64,000 nt of DNA, taken from positions 3,162,001 to 3,226,000 of the forward strand of contig CAKKNE010000006.1 in NCBI GenBank assembly GCA_918797485.1, in the 5' to 3' direction. Made by a program: the position numbers and the translations under genes. Origin of the DNA: Pelagomonas calceolata (lineage: Eukaryota). Under the pieces are notes generated by a model. That model was given only the letters and a program-made list of their open reading frames with translations. It did not search any database and was not told the origin of the DNA. Shown piece by piece: positions 40,662 to 50,136 of this stretch (its first letter is position 1; every line of letters begins with the position of its first letter).

Positions 40662-43600
40662 ATGGGTGCCGCGTCGTCGAGCGAGGGCTCCCCGCCGGAG
40701 GAGCTGTCCACGAGGCTCAGCACGTGGGCCTCAAGCGAAGGCTCTGCGGCCGCGCTCGCGGCGCTCGAAACTGCGGCGCCCGCACTGAGTGCAGCGCTGC
40801 GCGCCTCCGATGCCGACGCCGTCACGAGTGCGCTGGGCGGCGGCGCCGCGGATGCCGATGCGGACCGCCCGGAAACCGTCGAGGGCGAAGGTGACGGCGC
40901 GGCCGCGAACGACTCGCCCACCCCGAAGCGGGCCCGCGCGCCCCTGGTCCCATTCACGAAGAGCATACTGGACCACCAAGATAACGCGTCGAAGGTCCTC
41001 GGCTACGCCGGTTACCGGACCGTGTTCACCTTAGAAGCGCTCTGCGCGAGGGCGCGACCGGCGCTCAAGGGCGCCAAACTCGTCCTCGACGTATCCACAG
41101 AGTCTTCGTTGACGACAGCGGCGCGCACCCAGAATCGGCACGAGCTCCTCGACGCGCGGCGCACGGGCAGCCTGCCTACGGATACGCCGCTGCGAATTGT
41201 ACTCAAGTCCACGGAGACGGGCGCGCAGCGGCGCACGGCCGACGTGTTATACAAAGACGACCGCGTCCTCTTCCCGAGCCCGCGGCCGCGCCAGCTCTTC
41301 CGCGCCGCGTCGACGGATCCGGGCGACCGCGACGTGGAGCGGTCGCGGGCGTCGCTCGAGGCCTACGAGCGCGAGCGGGCCGCGAACCTGGCCCTTGGCT
41401 GCATTATCGTCGACGCAGATAGTCGGGCGGGCGACCACGCCGGCGATATAACCAAGCGTGCGTTTTTCCGGACCGCAGTACAATCCAGCTCGGAGGATTC
41501 CGAAGCGGCTGACGAGGCGACCGCCGCGGCGCTCGTCGAAGCCATGGGCGGCGCGCGAATTATTCCGCGGCGCCTGGTGCTGGCGGCGGGTCGGGTTCAC
41601 GACCATCCAGTCTCGTCAGAATATGGGAGCCGGCTCCATCTCGAGAGGGCGTTCCAGTACTCCATGGACAAGTCCGTGGTGCTGGATTCGTTAGACGTAG
41701 CGCGGAGACTCTCGTGGTTCGCGGTCAAAGCCCTGCTCACGCATCGCTCGGAGACTCTCGTGGAGGCGGTCTTCAGAGAAAAGGTGTGCGAAGCGGCCGG
41801 CCTCAGCGCCACGGACTCGGCCGTCGTGTGGCGCGAGGCGATGGGAGGCGCCGTCCCGCCGTTCACGCCCTCGTACGTGGACCCCCTCACGCACGAGCGT
41901 CGCGAGGTCGGCGACGTTCGCCCGGGCGACGTCGCCGTGCTCGAAGTCATTGGTTGGCTGTGGCCAGCCCTCGCCGCGTTTGCGCTGGCCGCGTCGGCAC
42001 AGGGCGATCCCGCCAAGTGCTTCACGGCCTACGAGCCGTGCGTTGTCGCGGTGAAAACGTTCGAGGACATTGTGATCCGGCAAGAGATTGTTGGCTGCAA
42101 AGAAAACGGCTCCGAGTGGTCCTTGCCGCTGGCGGTCCTAGACGACCTCGCGTACCGGCGCGACGGCGAGGAGGACGACGCCCCGGGCCAAGCGCGGGTC
42201 GCTGTGGCGGTCGCGAGCCTGTTGTCGCCAGAGCGCGTCCCGACGTTTGCCGTCGGCGCCCAGGTCGAATACGGCGAGGGAGAGTCGACGGCTCCGCGGA
42301 ACAACCCGGTCGCCTGGGTCACCGCTAGCGTCACGGAGGTGAATGCCTCGACGGGAATCGCAACGATACGGACTGAAGGCGCAAACGAGACAAAAACAGT
42401 AGGTCTCGGCGCGCTCCGAGAAGGGCCAAGCAAGGTGCCCTGCGCAGCGGCGGTCGTCCTCGCGCACGCCGTCGCCGACCATCGGAACGATATTGTGCTT
42501 CAGATCCTCTCGTCGCCGCTCCTGGCTTCGCCGTTGTCGCTCGTCGTCGGCAAACCGGGAGCCAAGTTAAATGTAAGGGGCGTTACTCGCGCGACGGCCC
42601 TCGACCACGCAATTGCTTCTCGCAACATCGTAGCCGTTGGCCTGCTGACGAAGAATTATGCGTGCTCCTGGAAGCGCTGGGAAGCGGTGCTTTCGACGTG
42701 TGATAGCCTCGAGGAAGCCGATGAGCAACGATCAACTAAGGAAGGGTCACTGGTCGACTTGTCGTGCGCTCTCCGGTTGGCGCCGGGCGTCTTTCTGAAC
42801 TCGCTCAATGCATTCAGGGTCTTCGAAGCAGGGGCCGCCTTGGAGAGACATGAGCTGGAGTCTGAAGGAGATAAGCTTGGTATACCGTGCTTGATCGCGG
42901 CGCGCGACGGCGACGCTGCGAGAGCACTCGCCCTCTTCGAGACCCTGAAAAGAAAGTGTGATGCGGGGGTTGTGGACCTTGTTGCTGTGGACCAAATTAC
43001 GAGCCTGATGCTGACCTGGGCTGCGAAGTCGGGCTCTGCGGCGATCATCGACTATCTCCTCACACATCACAATCGGCCGGTCGAGATGGAGCTGGCGGTC
43101 CGCATTGCCATCGCTGATGGACACATTCATTGCCTCGAATCGCTTTTGGTCGTCGGTCCGTCACTGACGAATTATCTTGCAAGATTTTCTCCAGACGCGA
43201 TCTTATCTCCGGCGCCCCTCAAAGCTATCTTGGAGGCGGTCCAAATGGACGACGGCGCCGCGCTTGATCTTATGCGTTCGCGCGGCGTTAGGCTCGGGCC
43301 ATTTGATGGCCCAGGGATGGTCCCACGCCTCCAACCAATCGACGCCGCGGCGCAACGGGGGAGCTCTTCTGCGGTACGAGCGATTCTGCGCGACCCTTCC
43401 GTCGTCCAGTGGATCATGGCCCGCAAATCGGACGCGATCATGCGAGCTTGTGACCGCGGGCACCCCGAGTCGTTGGCTGCGTTGCTCGAGCGCGTGCAGC
43501 TGATTCACACGAAAGAAAATTCTGAGATCTTTGGGACTTCTTCGCCGCTTCTGCAGGCGATCACCAGCCGTAGTCTCGCGACGGTGGAGATAGTGTTAGC

Positions 43601-44231
43601 GCATGGCGTCGACGTGAACGAGAAGCTCGAGGGCAAGAGGTCGGCACTTGCGTGCGCCGCGGGTCTCCATGCCATCGACATCGCCACGGAGCTGTTAAAA
43701 CGGGGCGCGTCAGTGGGCTCGCCGTCCGACCTCACTCAAACTGCTCTGTCTTATGCGTTGAATAATTCTAAGGACATCGAAGATGCCTCCTTGCGCAATT
43801 CGATGGTCCAGCTGTTGCTGAGACACGACGCCAACCTGGTGGAACACTGGTTGCACTGGGCCAAGAAGAACTGGTTGAAGGTGGGGCAGCTCCAAGCCTT
43901 CCTAGGCGCCGGTGCAAATCCTTCTGTCAGCGACAGCAAAGGGGTCACACCCTTGCACATAAATGTTTTTCACGCCAAAATTCTAACAGATGCATCGATC
44001 GCCCAGCACGACATACTCGAAAATATAACGACCTTAGTTCTGGCTGGCGCTGATTTGACGGCCAAGACGACCGCGGACACGAGCAACGACGATGCCGGAT
44101 TCCCCTTGTTTGACGAGGTGCTGCCCGGGGGTCTTACGCCAATGCAGGTGGCCGAGACAGTCGGTTGGGGACCTTCCCGAGACCAGGTCGTCGCGCACCT
44201 CACGGCAGCCATCGCCCTGCGCGCGCTCTGA
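40662..44231 (+). CDS. Large ankyrin-repeat protein
   Basis: Multiple ankyrin motifs (SPLLQAI...HGVDVN, SALACAA...RGASV, GANPSVSDSKGVTPLH). Confidence 0.82.
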   Translation: MGAASSSEGSPPEELSTRLSTWASSEGSAAALAALETAAPALSAALRASDADAVTSALGGGAADADADRPETVEGEGDGAAANDSPTPKRARAPLVPFTKSILDHQDNASKVLGYAGYRTVFTLEALCARARPALKGAKLVLDVSTESSLTTAARTQNRHELLDARRTGSLPTDTPLRIVLKSTETGAQRRTADVLYKDDRVLFPSPRPRQLFRAASTDPGDRDVERSRASLEAYERERAANLALGCIIVDADSRAGDHAGDITKRAFFRTAVQSSSEDSEAADEATAAALVEAMGGARIIPRRLVLAAGRVHDHPVSSEYGSRLHLERAFQYSMDKSVVLDSLDVARRLSWFAVKALLTHRSETLVEAVFREKVCEAAGLSATDSAVVWREAMGGAVPPFTPSYVDPLTHERREVGDVRPGDVAVLEVIGWLWPALAAFALAASAQGDPAKCFTAYEPCVVAVKTFEDIVIRQEIVGCKENGSEWSLPLAVLDDLAYRRDGEEDDAPGQARVAVAVASLLSPERVPTFAVGAQVEYGEGESTAPRNNPVAWVTASVTEVNASTGIATIRTEGANETKTVGLGALREGPSKVPCAAAVVLAHAVADHRNDIVLQILSSPLLASPLSLVVGKPGAKLNVRGVTRATALDHAIASRNIVAVGLLTKNYACSWKRWEAVLSTCDSLEEADEQRSTKEGSLVDLSCALRLAPGVFLNSLNAFRVFEAGAALERHELESEGDKLGIPCLIAARDGDAARALALFETLKRKCDAGVVDLVAVDQITSLMLTWAAKSGSAAIIDYLLTHHNRPVEMELAVRIAIADGHIHCLESLLVVGPSLTNYLARFSPDAILSPAPLKAILEAVQMDDGAALDLMRSRGVRLGPFDGPGMVPRLQPIDAAAQRGSSSAVRAILRDPSVVQWIMARKSDAIMRACDRGHPESLAALLERVQLIHTKENSEIFGTSSPLLQAITSRSLATVEIVLAHGVDVNEKLEGKRSALACAAGLHAIDIATELLKRGASVGSPSDLTQTALSYALNNSKDIEDASLRNSMVQLLLRHDANLVEHWLHWAKKNWLKVGQLQAFLGAGANPSVSDSKGVTPLHINVFHAKILTDASIAQHDILENITTLVLAGADLTAKTTADTSNDDAGFPLFDEVLPGGLTPMQVAETVGWGPSRDQVVAHLTAAIALRAL

Positions 44232-44264
44232 GCCAGTAATGTGTAAGACTTATACCCCCGTGGA

Positions 44265-45491
44265 CTAGTCCCGCCACCCCCGCGGCGAATTCTCGGGACT
44301 CCTCCGCGGCGACGCCGTATCGCGCCAGACGTCGTCGTCGTCGACGCACTCCCGGACGACGCGCCCCGCCGCGGCGTTCTCGAGCCCCAGCAGCTCCGCG
44401 CGGCCCTTCGCCGACGCCGGGTTGGCCGCGTAGCAGATGCCGCATTCCATATCTTTTTCGCCGTTGCCCGCGTAGTAGCAGACGGCGCAGGCCCACGTCT
44501 TTTTCGATGATAAATCCAGCGACCGGCGCGACGGCTTCGCATCTACAGGCGCGCCGGCGAAGAGGTGGTCGTCGGGCGCGGGCGCGCAGAACGTCGGTGG
44601 CGAGCCCGCCGAGTTCAATCCGATTCTCCGATCCGCAATTGCTGAAGACAAGGCGTCAGGTGCTCTATTTTTGGTCGGCGGGGCGTACAAGGCTTCCTCG
44701 TCGTCGTCGGACTCGTCCTTGCGCGGCCTAGCTTTGCGCGGCGACGCGCGGCGGTTCCGCGCCGGCGACAGCGACAGCTCGAAGTAGGTCTTGTCTCTAT
44801 CCTCATCGTTCGACCGGCGCCGCCCGTAACTCTGGGACGCGGGCCGCGCGAACCAAGGTTCCTCGCCGTCTAAAGGTTGGCCCCGCTTCGGCGGCTTGCT
44901 GTGTCTTGTAGGTTCCGGCGCGAAGCGCGTCCGGCGGCCTCGTTTCGCCTTGCACTTCGCGGTTGCTAGCGCCGCGGCGAGGTGCCTGACCAGCAGCTCG
45001 TAGTCTACCACAGAAGCGTCATCCGGCAATGCAAAACGCGACGCCAACTGCTGCAACCGAAGCTCCGTCGTCTTCGCGCGCCAGTCGCGCAGGAACACGT
45101 CCCGAAACACGGCGACGGGCACGACGCCCGCCCCGCGCGGATCCGCTTCGAGGAGCGGCTCCAAGAGGTCCTCGGCGTCCCTCACCCGCAGACCGGAAGC
45201 GACGTCGGCCAACGCGCGGGCTAGCGCCGCGTCGTCGCTCAACGCCGCAAATCTACAAAAGTCGTTGTAGTCCGCCTTGCCCCTAGTCGCAAATCGTCTC
45301 GCGCACGCGCGGCGGTGGTGCCGTAGGACACCCAAGCGCTCGAGCGCCTCCTCGAAGGCCTCTACCGTAATTTTGCCGCGTCCCCGCTTGTCGTGCCTTT
45401 CAAAAACACTTCGCAGCTTCTCGCCCGCGCTGCGCGTGGCCGTCGACGCGGCGTCCAGCAACATGCCCTCGTCTCTATCAACCCCGTCCAT
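44265..45491 (-). CDS. EF-hand protein with C-terminal RanBP2-type zinc finger
   Basis: FERHDKRGRGKITVEAF and degenerate EF-hands; WACAVCYYAGN...CGIC. Confidence 0.72.
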   Translation of the reverse strand: MDGVDRDEGMLLDAASTATRSAGEKLRSVFERHDKRGRGKITVEAFEEALERLGVLRHHRRACARRFATRGKADYNDFCRFAALSDDAALARALADVASGLRVRDAEDLLEPLLEADPRGAGVVPVAVFRDVFLRDWRAKTTELRLQQLASRFALPDDASVVDYELLVRHLAAALATAKCKAKRGRRTRFAPEPTRHSKPPKRGQPLDGEEPWFARPASQSYGRRRSNDEDRDKTYFELSLSPARNRRASPRKARPRKDESDDDEEALYAPPTKNRAPDALSSAIADRRIGLNSAGSPPTFCAPAPDDHLFAGAPVDAKPSRRSLDLSSKKTWACAVCYYAGNGEKDMECGICYAANPASAKGRAELLGLENAAAGRVVRECVDDDDVWRDTASPRRSPENSPRGWRD

Positions 45492-45708
45492 GGTGCTCGA
45501 CGGCTGCCCCTTTGTTCCGGCACGGTGGGTCGACTGCGTGCGCGCGGCGCGGCAGCAATGCGGTCGCGGCGCGACGGCGTTTTGTCGTTGCGGTCCCAGC
45601 ACCGTTTTGCTGCCCCCTGCCAAACTGGCGAACCGGCGGGCGCGGGAGATGGGTCTCCGGACCAGGTTTTATGCTTCGCGAGGACTCCGAAGGTGCGGAG
45701 AACCGCAG

Positions 45709-45732
45709 GCTAGCGGCCGGTAAGACACTAGC
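45709..45732 (+). promoter_or_regulatory. Double-CTAG upstream motif
   Basis: gctagcggccggtaagacactagc between divergent genes. Confidence 0.65.
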
Positions 45733-45889
45733 AGCAACATGCCTGAGTGCTGAGCAGTGTTGGCGAACAAATTGAGTCCATTCAGCACTTACGAATCGGT
45801 GGCGAGAGACTGACAGACGAGTTCTCACAGCGCGCAGCGATCGAGACTTTAAGAAACCGTCTGAAGCGAGCAGTGCAGCACCTGCAACA

Positions 45890-47902
45890 ATGACTGAGAG
45901 CGCACCAGCCAACGCCAACGACAGCGGTGGCCGCGGACGCGGCCGTGGACGAGGAGGACGCGGGCGAGGCCGCGGCAAGGGCGGCAAGGGCAGGGGCGGC
46001 AGGGGCCGCGGCCGCGGCAAGGGCCGCGGCGGCGCCGACCAGGCCGCAGATGACGCGTCAGCGCTCCCGTACGGCGGCGACGTCCAGGCCGCGATGGCCG
46101 CGCAAGATAGGGACGCCGTCCGCGACCTGTTGAAGCACCAGGAGGCATCTAGACCTAAACCACAAAAGGACAAAAAGAAGAAGCCCCAACCCAAGAAGAA
46201 GAAGGACCGGTGGTGGCGGACGTCGACGGAAGTGGATCCTATTTCTCTAGAACCGTTGTCGGAGCTCGACTACCCGCCCTTCGAGCTCGGGCCCCACTTG
46301 TTCGACGGGCGGGTGCTGGCTTTTTACCTGGTCAGCACGGGCACGTTTCTCAACCCGATGTCGCGGGATGAACTGTCGATAGACGACTGCACGGCGCTCG
46401 ACGCGTATTTAGCACAAAATAACTTGGATCCTGCGAGAGTCGCCGACGCGTTGCGGCTCCAGAAGGCCTTGACCGTTGACACGGGTCGCGACGACTCAGC
46501 CGCGCAGCAGCAACAGCGCCAGGCGACGGCGGTGTTGCACGGCTTGTTCGGGTTCGCTAGGTATGGGGACTCGGCGACGCGGCCCGGGGCGCGTAGAACT
46601 GGCGGCGGCAATTTGCGGAGCGCCTACGACGAGGATGATAGAAGTTCGGGCGGCTTAATCGACGACGGAGACATTGGAGGCGACGAGAGCGACGAAGAGG
46701 AGGTCCTGCCGGAAGCGGCGTTCCCGACTTTATCTAGCGATGCGCCACGCGACATTGATCAAGGCGCGGGCTGGCGCCGCGCGGCCTCGTCGCAAGGGGG
46801 GGTATTGGCCGCCTCGGCGCTGACGACGGAGGACTTCCCGACGCTCGGGGGCGGGCCTACACGTCAATCAAGGCCCCAGGCCCCTGCTTATAGGAACGTG
46901 GTCCGGCCCTACGCCATCGACGCACACGAAGGGCACGTCAGGAGGGCGCCTCAAGTGCGCGACGAGCAGGTCGCGTTGCACGTGGCGCGGCCGCCGCAGA
47001 CGTACCAGGAGGCCTACCCCTCTCTCTCTGGCTCTGGGGGAAGCGCTCGTGCGCGCGTCGTGGCCGAGCAGTACCGCGCGCTCGCGCTCTCATCAAGACC
47101 GCAGCAACAACCTCAATCAGGATTGAGCAAGCGCGAGCGCGAGCGCGCGAGAAGGCGCGAGCGGGATAGAGAAAGGCGGCGCACGGAAGCGGCGGGCCTC
47201 GCGCCGCACCAGGGCGGCGGCAGCGTCGTCGCGCGCATCCGGGCCTGCGCCGGCGACGAGGCCCTCGCGCAGCTTCGGGAACGGTCGCTCGAATTTAGAA
47301 GAGGCGAGCTGTCCGCGGACGCGTTGTATGATTCGGCCAAGGCCCTGCTGCCTAGTGATCGGTTCCTGGAGCTGTTTGGGGGCCTCGTGAGCGTCATACC
47401 AGACGGCGACGCGCGCGCGGTCCTCGACGCGCTCCTCGACGAGCGCCACCCGGAACGGTCCGGCGCCGAAGTGGAGGCGCCGGCGCCTCCACCGCCCGGG
47501 CTATCGGCGCCGCCGCCCCCTCCCGCACGGCCGCCGCCCGCGGCTGCGCCGGCGCCGGCGCCACCACGGGCTTTGGCGCCGGGCGAGGCGCACTGGGCGG
47601 CGCCGCGGCCGCCGCCGCGCGCGCGCCAGCGGCCCGCGGCCGCGTCGGCGGCGGACTTCCCGACGCTGGGTTCGGGCGGCGCCGTGCCGCGCGCGGGCCC
47701 GGCGCTGCGCGGCTCTAGACCGCCACCGGGATTAGCCGCCGCGCTCGCGAAGGCCACGGGGCCGGCGCCCGGCCGCCGGGGACGCACGGGCATCGCGGTG
47801 GCGTCCCAGCGGCGCCGCGCGCCCGCGCAGCCGTCGCCGGCGCTCGCCGCGGCGGCCCAGGACTTCTCGGCGCCGCCGCCCGACCAGCGCGGGAAGAAGT
47901 AG
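45890..47902 (+). CDS. RGG-rich protein with repeated FPTL motifs (ZNF598/Hel2-like C-terminal features)
   Basis: N-terminal RG/RGG run; DPISLEPL...NPMSR degenerate RING/U-box-like segment; AFPTL, DFPTL x2, AYPSL; helical LRERSLEFRRGELSADALY domain. Confidence 0.65.
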   Translation: MTESAPANANDSGGRGRGRGRGGRGRGRGKGGKGRGGRGRGRGKGRGGADQAADDASALPYGGDVQAAMAAQDRDAVRDLLKHQEASRPKPQKDKKKKPQPKKKKDRWWRTSTEVDPISLEPLSELDYPPFELGPHLFDGRVLAFYLVSTGTFLNPMSRDELSIDDCTALDAYLAQNNLDPARVADALRLQKALTVDTGRDDSAAQQQQRQATAVLHGLFGFARYGDSATRPGARRTGGGNLRSAYDEDDRSSGGLIDDGDIGGDESDEEEVLPEAAFPTLSSDAPRDIDQGAGWRRAASSQGGVLAASALTTEDFPTLGGGPTRQSRPQAPAYRNVVRPYAIDAHEGHVRRAPQVRDEQVALHVARPPQTYQEAYPSLSGSGGSARARVVAEQYRALALSSRPQQQPQSGLSKRERERARRRERDRERRRTEAAGLAPHQGGGSVVARIRACAGDEALAQLRERSLEFRRGELSADALYDSAKALLPSDRFLELFGGLVSVIPDGDARAVLDALLDERHPERSGAEVEAPAPPPPGLSAPPPPPARPPPAAAPAPAPPRALAPGEAHWAAPRPPPRARQRPAAASAADFPTLGSGGAVPRAGPALRGSRPPPGLAAALAKATGPAPGRRGRTGIAVASQRRRAPAQPSPALAAAAQDFSAPPPDQRGKK

Positions 47903-48090
47903 CCCGCTTGCCGCACTTGTGGCGCCGCCTCCTCCTCCTGGCCAGCGCGGGAAGAAGTAGCCGCGCCGTGCGCCCGCTTGCCGCACTTCTCGGCGCCGAA
48001 GTATAATGTTGTTGATAACTCACTGCCAGTGCGCCGCGGCCGCCGCTAGCTACTGGCAACACGCCATCGCCGCGATCCATTATCAGACAA

Positions 48091-48711
48091 TTAGGTTATG
48101 AACGCGACCCCGGCGGCGCACTCGTCCCTGTGCCCCGCGAGCCAGTGCGCCTTGCGGCACGCGTCCCCGCAGTAGCGCGGCCCGCCGCAGCCGTCGCAGC
48201 GCTCTAACGGTTTGTCCTCTGGCCGCTGGCCGCAGCTGTCGCAGACGCGGCCGCGCTCGGCGCGCGCCGCGGTGGCCCTCCGAGCCCGCTCCTTCAGGGC
48301 CGCGAGCTCGGCCTTGCGCCAGGCGAGGTCGGCCTCCTTCCGCAAAATTTGCGAGCGCAGCTCCATCTCTTCCGCCCGATCCTCGACGAGCGCGACGACG
48401 CGGCCTCGTACCGCTTCGGGCAGGCGCGCGACGGCCAGCCGGATCTCCTTTACTTTTTCGGCGACGATGGCGCCACCGTAGCCCGCGTCCCGGAGCCGCT
48501 CGAGGGCCCGGAACTCGCTCGCCACACGCGCCACCGCCACGGCGGCGTCATCTGGCGGCGGGAGGGTCGCCGGACTATTTCTCCCGGAGCTCGATTGCGG
48601 CGGGAGGGTCGCCGGACTATTTCTCCCGGAGTTTGATTGCGGCGGCGGTACGGAGGGCGGTGGTGGAGGGGTATTTGCTGCCGGGGCGGCCCGGGCCGTC
48701 CAGTTGTTCAT
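48091..48711 (-). CDS. Protein with C-terminal MYND zinc finger
   Basis: CDSCG...[30 protein letters not shown] overlaps the NOP10 stop. Confidence 0.82.
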   Translation of the reverse strand: MNNWTARAAPAANTPPPPPSVPPPQSNSGRNSPATLPPQSSSGRNSPATLPPPDDAAVAVARVASEFRALERLRDAGYGGAIVAEKVKEIRLAVARLPEAVRGRVVALVEDRAEEMELRSQILRKEADLAWRKAELAALKERARRATAARAERGRVCDSCGQRPEDKPLERCDGCGGPRYCGDACRKAHWLAGHRDECAAGVAFIT

Positions 48712-48905
48712 AGCGCATCGCGTTCTTTTTGCGTGGGCAGTAGCCCAAACCGCTTCTTGCACGCGAGGCGCTGCGCGCTGAACTTGTCGTCCGGCGAGAA
48801 GCGCGCGGGGTGCGCGCTGAGGGTGGGTTGCTCTTCCTCGCCGTGGGACTTTTTGAGGGTGTAGACGCGCTCGCCCTTCTCGTTGAGGTAGTACATGAGG
48901 TGCAT
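48708..48905 (-). CDS. NOP10: H/ACA snoRNP subunit NOP10
   Basis: [19 protein letters not shown]...[14 protein letters not shown]...[10 protein letters not shown]. Confidence 0.96.
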   Translation of the reverse strand: MHLMYYLNEKGERVYTLKKSHGEEEQPTLSAHPARFSPDDKFSAQRLACKKRFGLLPTQKERDAL

Positions 48906-49314
48906 GGTTGTCGGGGGAGCTGCGGCGCTCGTCAGGCGAACCTGTGATGAGTTAGGCTGGCGCTGCGGCGAGTGTCGATTTTGAGTGGAGGGCAAGGAGC
49001 TAGCGGCTGTGAGGCACTAGGCAAGGCAAAACAGCAGGAGGGAGGGCGTTTCCAATTCCCGAGACGCGTCTCGTCCCCGCCGGAAGGATCGGCGCGCATT
49101 TGGATCCAAAATCAGCGGCTGTCACTTTACCAAAAGCCAAGTGCTTATCACTTCCTGTTGCTGCCGGTTGAAGCTGCGTGCCCGCCTAGCAGCCAGGAGC
49201 AGGCGCGGCGGAAAGCCGTAACGACGCGCGCTGCAGCGCGCTTGTGTGTAACCGTTCTCCGGATTCCCCGCTGCTCCTGATTTTCCCAATCTTAGTGACT
49301 AGCGCTGCTGCGCC

Positions 49315-50136
49315 ATGGCCGAGCACCTGCAGGTGGCGGATGCTGACACGGCAGCATTACAAGCGCGGCTCGACGCGCTGGAGAGCGAGACGCACTCGCT
49401 GCGCGAGGTCCTCACGGAGCGGCTCAAGCGCGACTCCTTGGACGAGGCCCTGCCGACGGGGCGCGGGCAGCGGCGGTCGCGCGACAAGCCGCGAGGTTCG
49501 AGAAGTTCCCGCGGCTCGTTTGAGCGAAGATCGCGGTCGCCGGAGCCGCCGTCGGGCGGCCGGTTCCGGTGGGTCCGCGGCGACGACGACGCCAAGAGTT
49601 TGGCGCGACTCGTGGTCGGCGCCGCGATGCCCGACGCCGTCGTCGGCTTCCCCGTGGACCTGCACGCGAAGTACGAGGCGAACGTGAATACGGCGCTGAA
49701 GGGCGTCGCGATCGCGGCGCGGCGCTGCCTCGAGGACCGCGACTTACATTTAGCCTGCGCGCCGCGGTTCCGGGACAACCGCAACGAGCTCACGGCGAGC
49801 GTCTACCCTCTTCTGGAACGACCTCCCGACCCGGACGCGCCCGACGTCGAGGTCCTGACCGTCGCGCGCGCGACGGACTACCGCGTCCTTGCGGGTGCGG
49901 TCGCGAAGCGCGCGCGCGACGGGCAAACTTCTCGGTTAAGAGCCATCGGCGCCGCCGCCGTGTTTACCGCTGCTAGAGCGGTCGCGACGGCGCGCGAGTA
50001 CCTGGCCGACGACGCGACGCGCTCGTCGGTGGCCTGCGTGCCGCGCTTCGCAACCGTACAGTTCGACGGCCGCGCGGAAGAGACGACGATCCTCGAGGTC
50101 GTCGTCTTCCGCGTCGCCGTCGACTCCGACGACTAG
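49315..50136 (+). CDS. Tandem SpoVS-like (Alba-fold) domain protein
   Basis: VLTVARATDYRVLAGAVA...LRAIGAAAVFTAARAVATAREYL...CVPRF, plus a degenerate N-terminal copy (NVNTALKGVAIA...CAPRF). Confidence 0.75.
   Translation: MAEHLQVADADTAALQARLDALESETHSLREVLTERLKRDSLDEALPTGRGQRRSRDKPRGSRSSRGSFERRSRSPEPPSGGRFRWVRGDDDAKSLARLVVGAAMPDAVVGFPVDLHAKYEANVNTALKGVAIAARRCLEDRDLHLACAPRFRDNRNELTASVYPLLERPPDPDAPDVEVLTVARATDYRVLAGAVAKRARDGQTSRLRAIGAAAVFTAARAVATAREYLADDATRSSVACVPRFATVQFDGRAEETTILEVVVFRVAVDSDD

Noticed and set aside
47882..47990. Duplicated stop region (ccagcgcgggaagaagtagcc; gcccgcttgccgcactt)
   Set aside because: Simple local duplication of the gene end into the 3'UTR; no separate ORF supported
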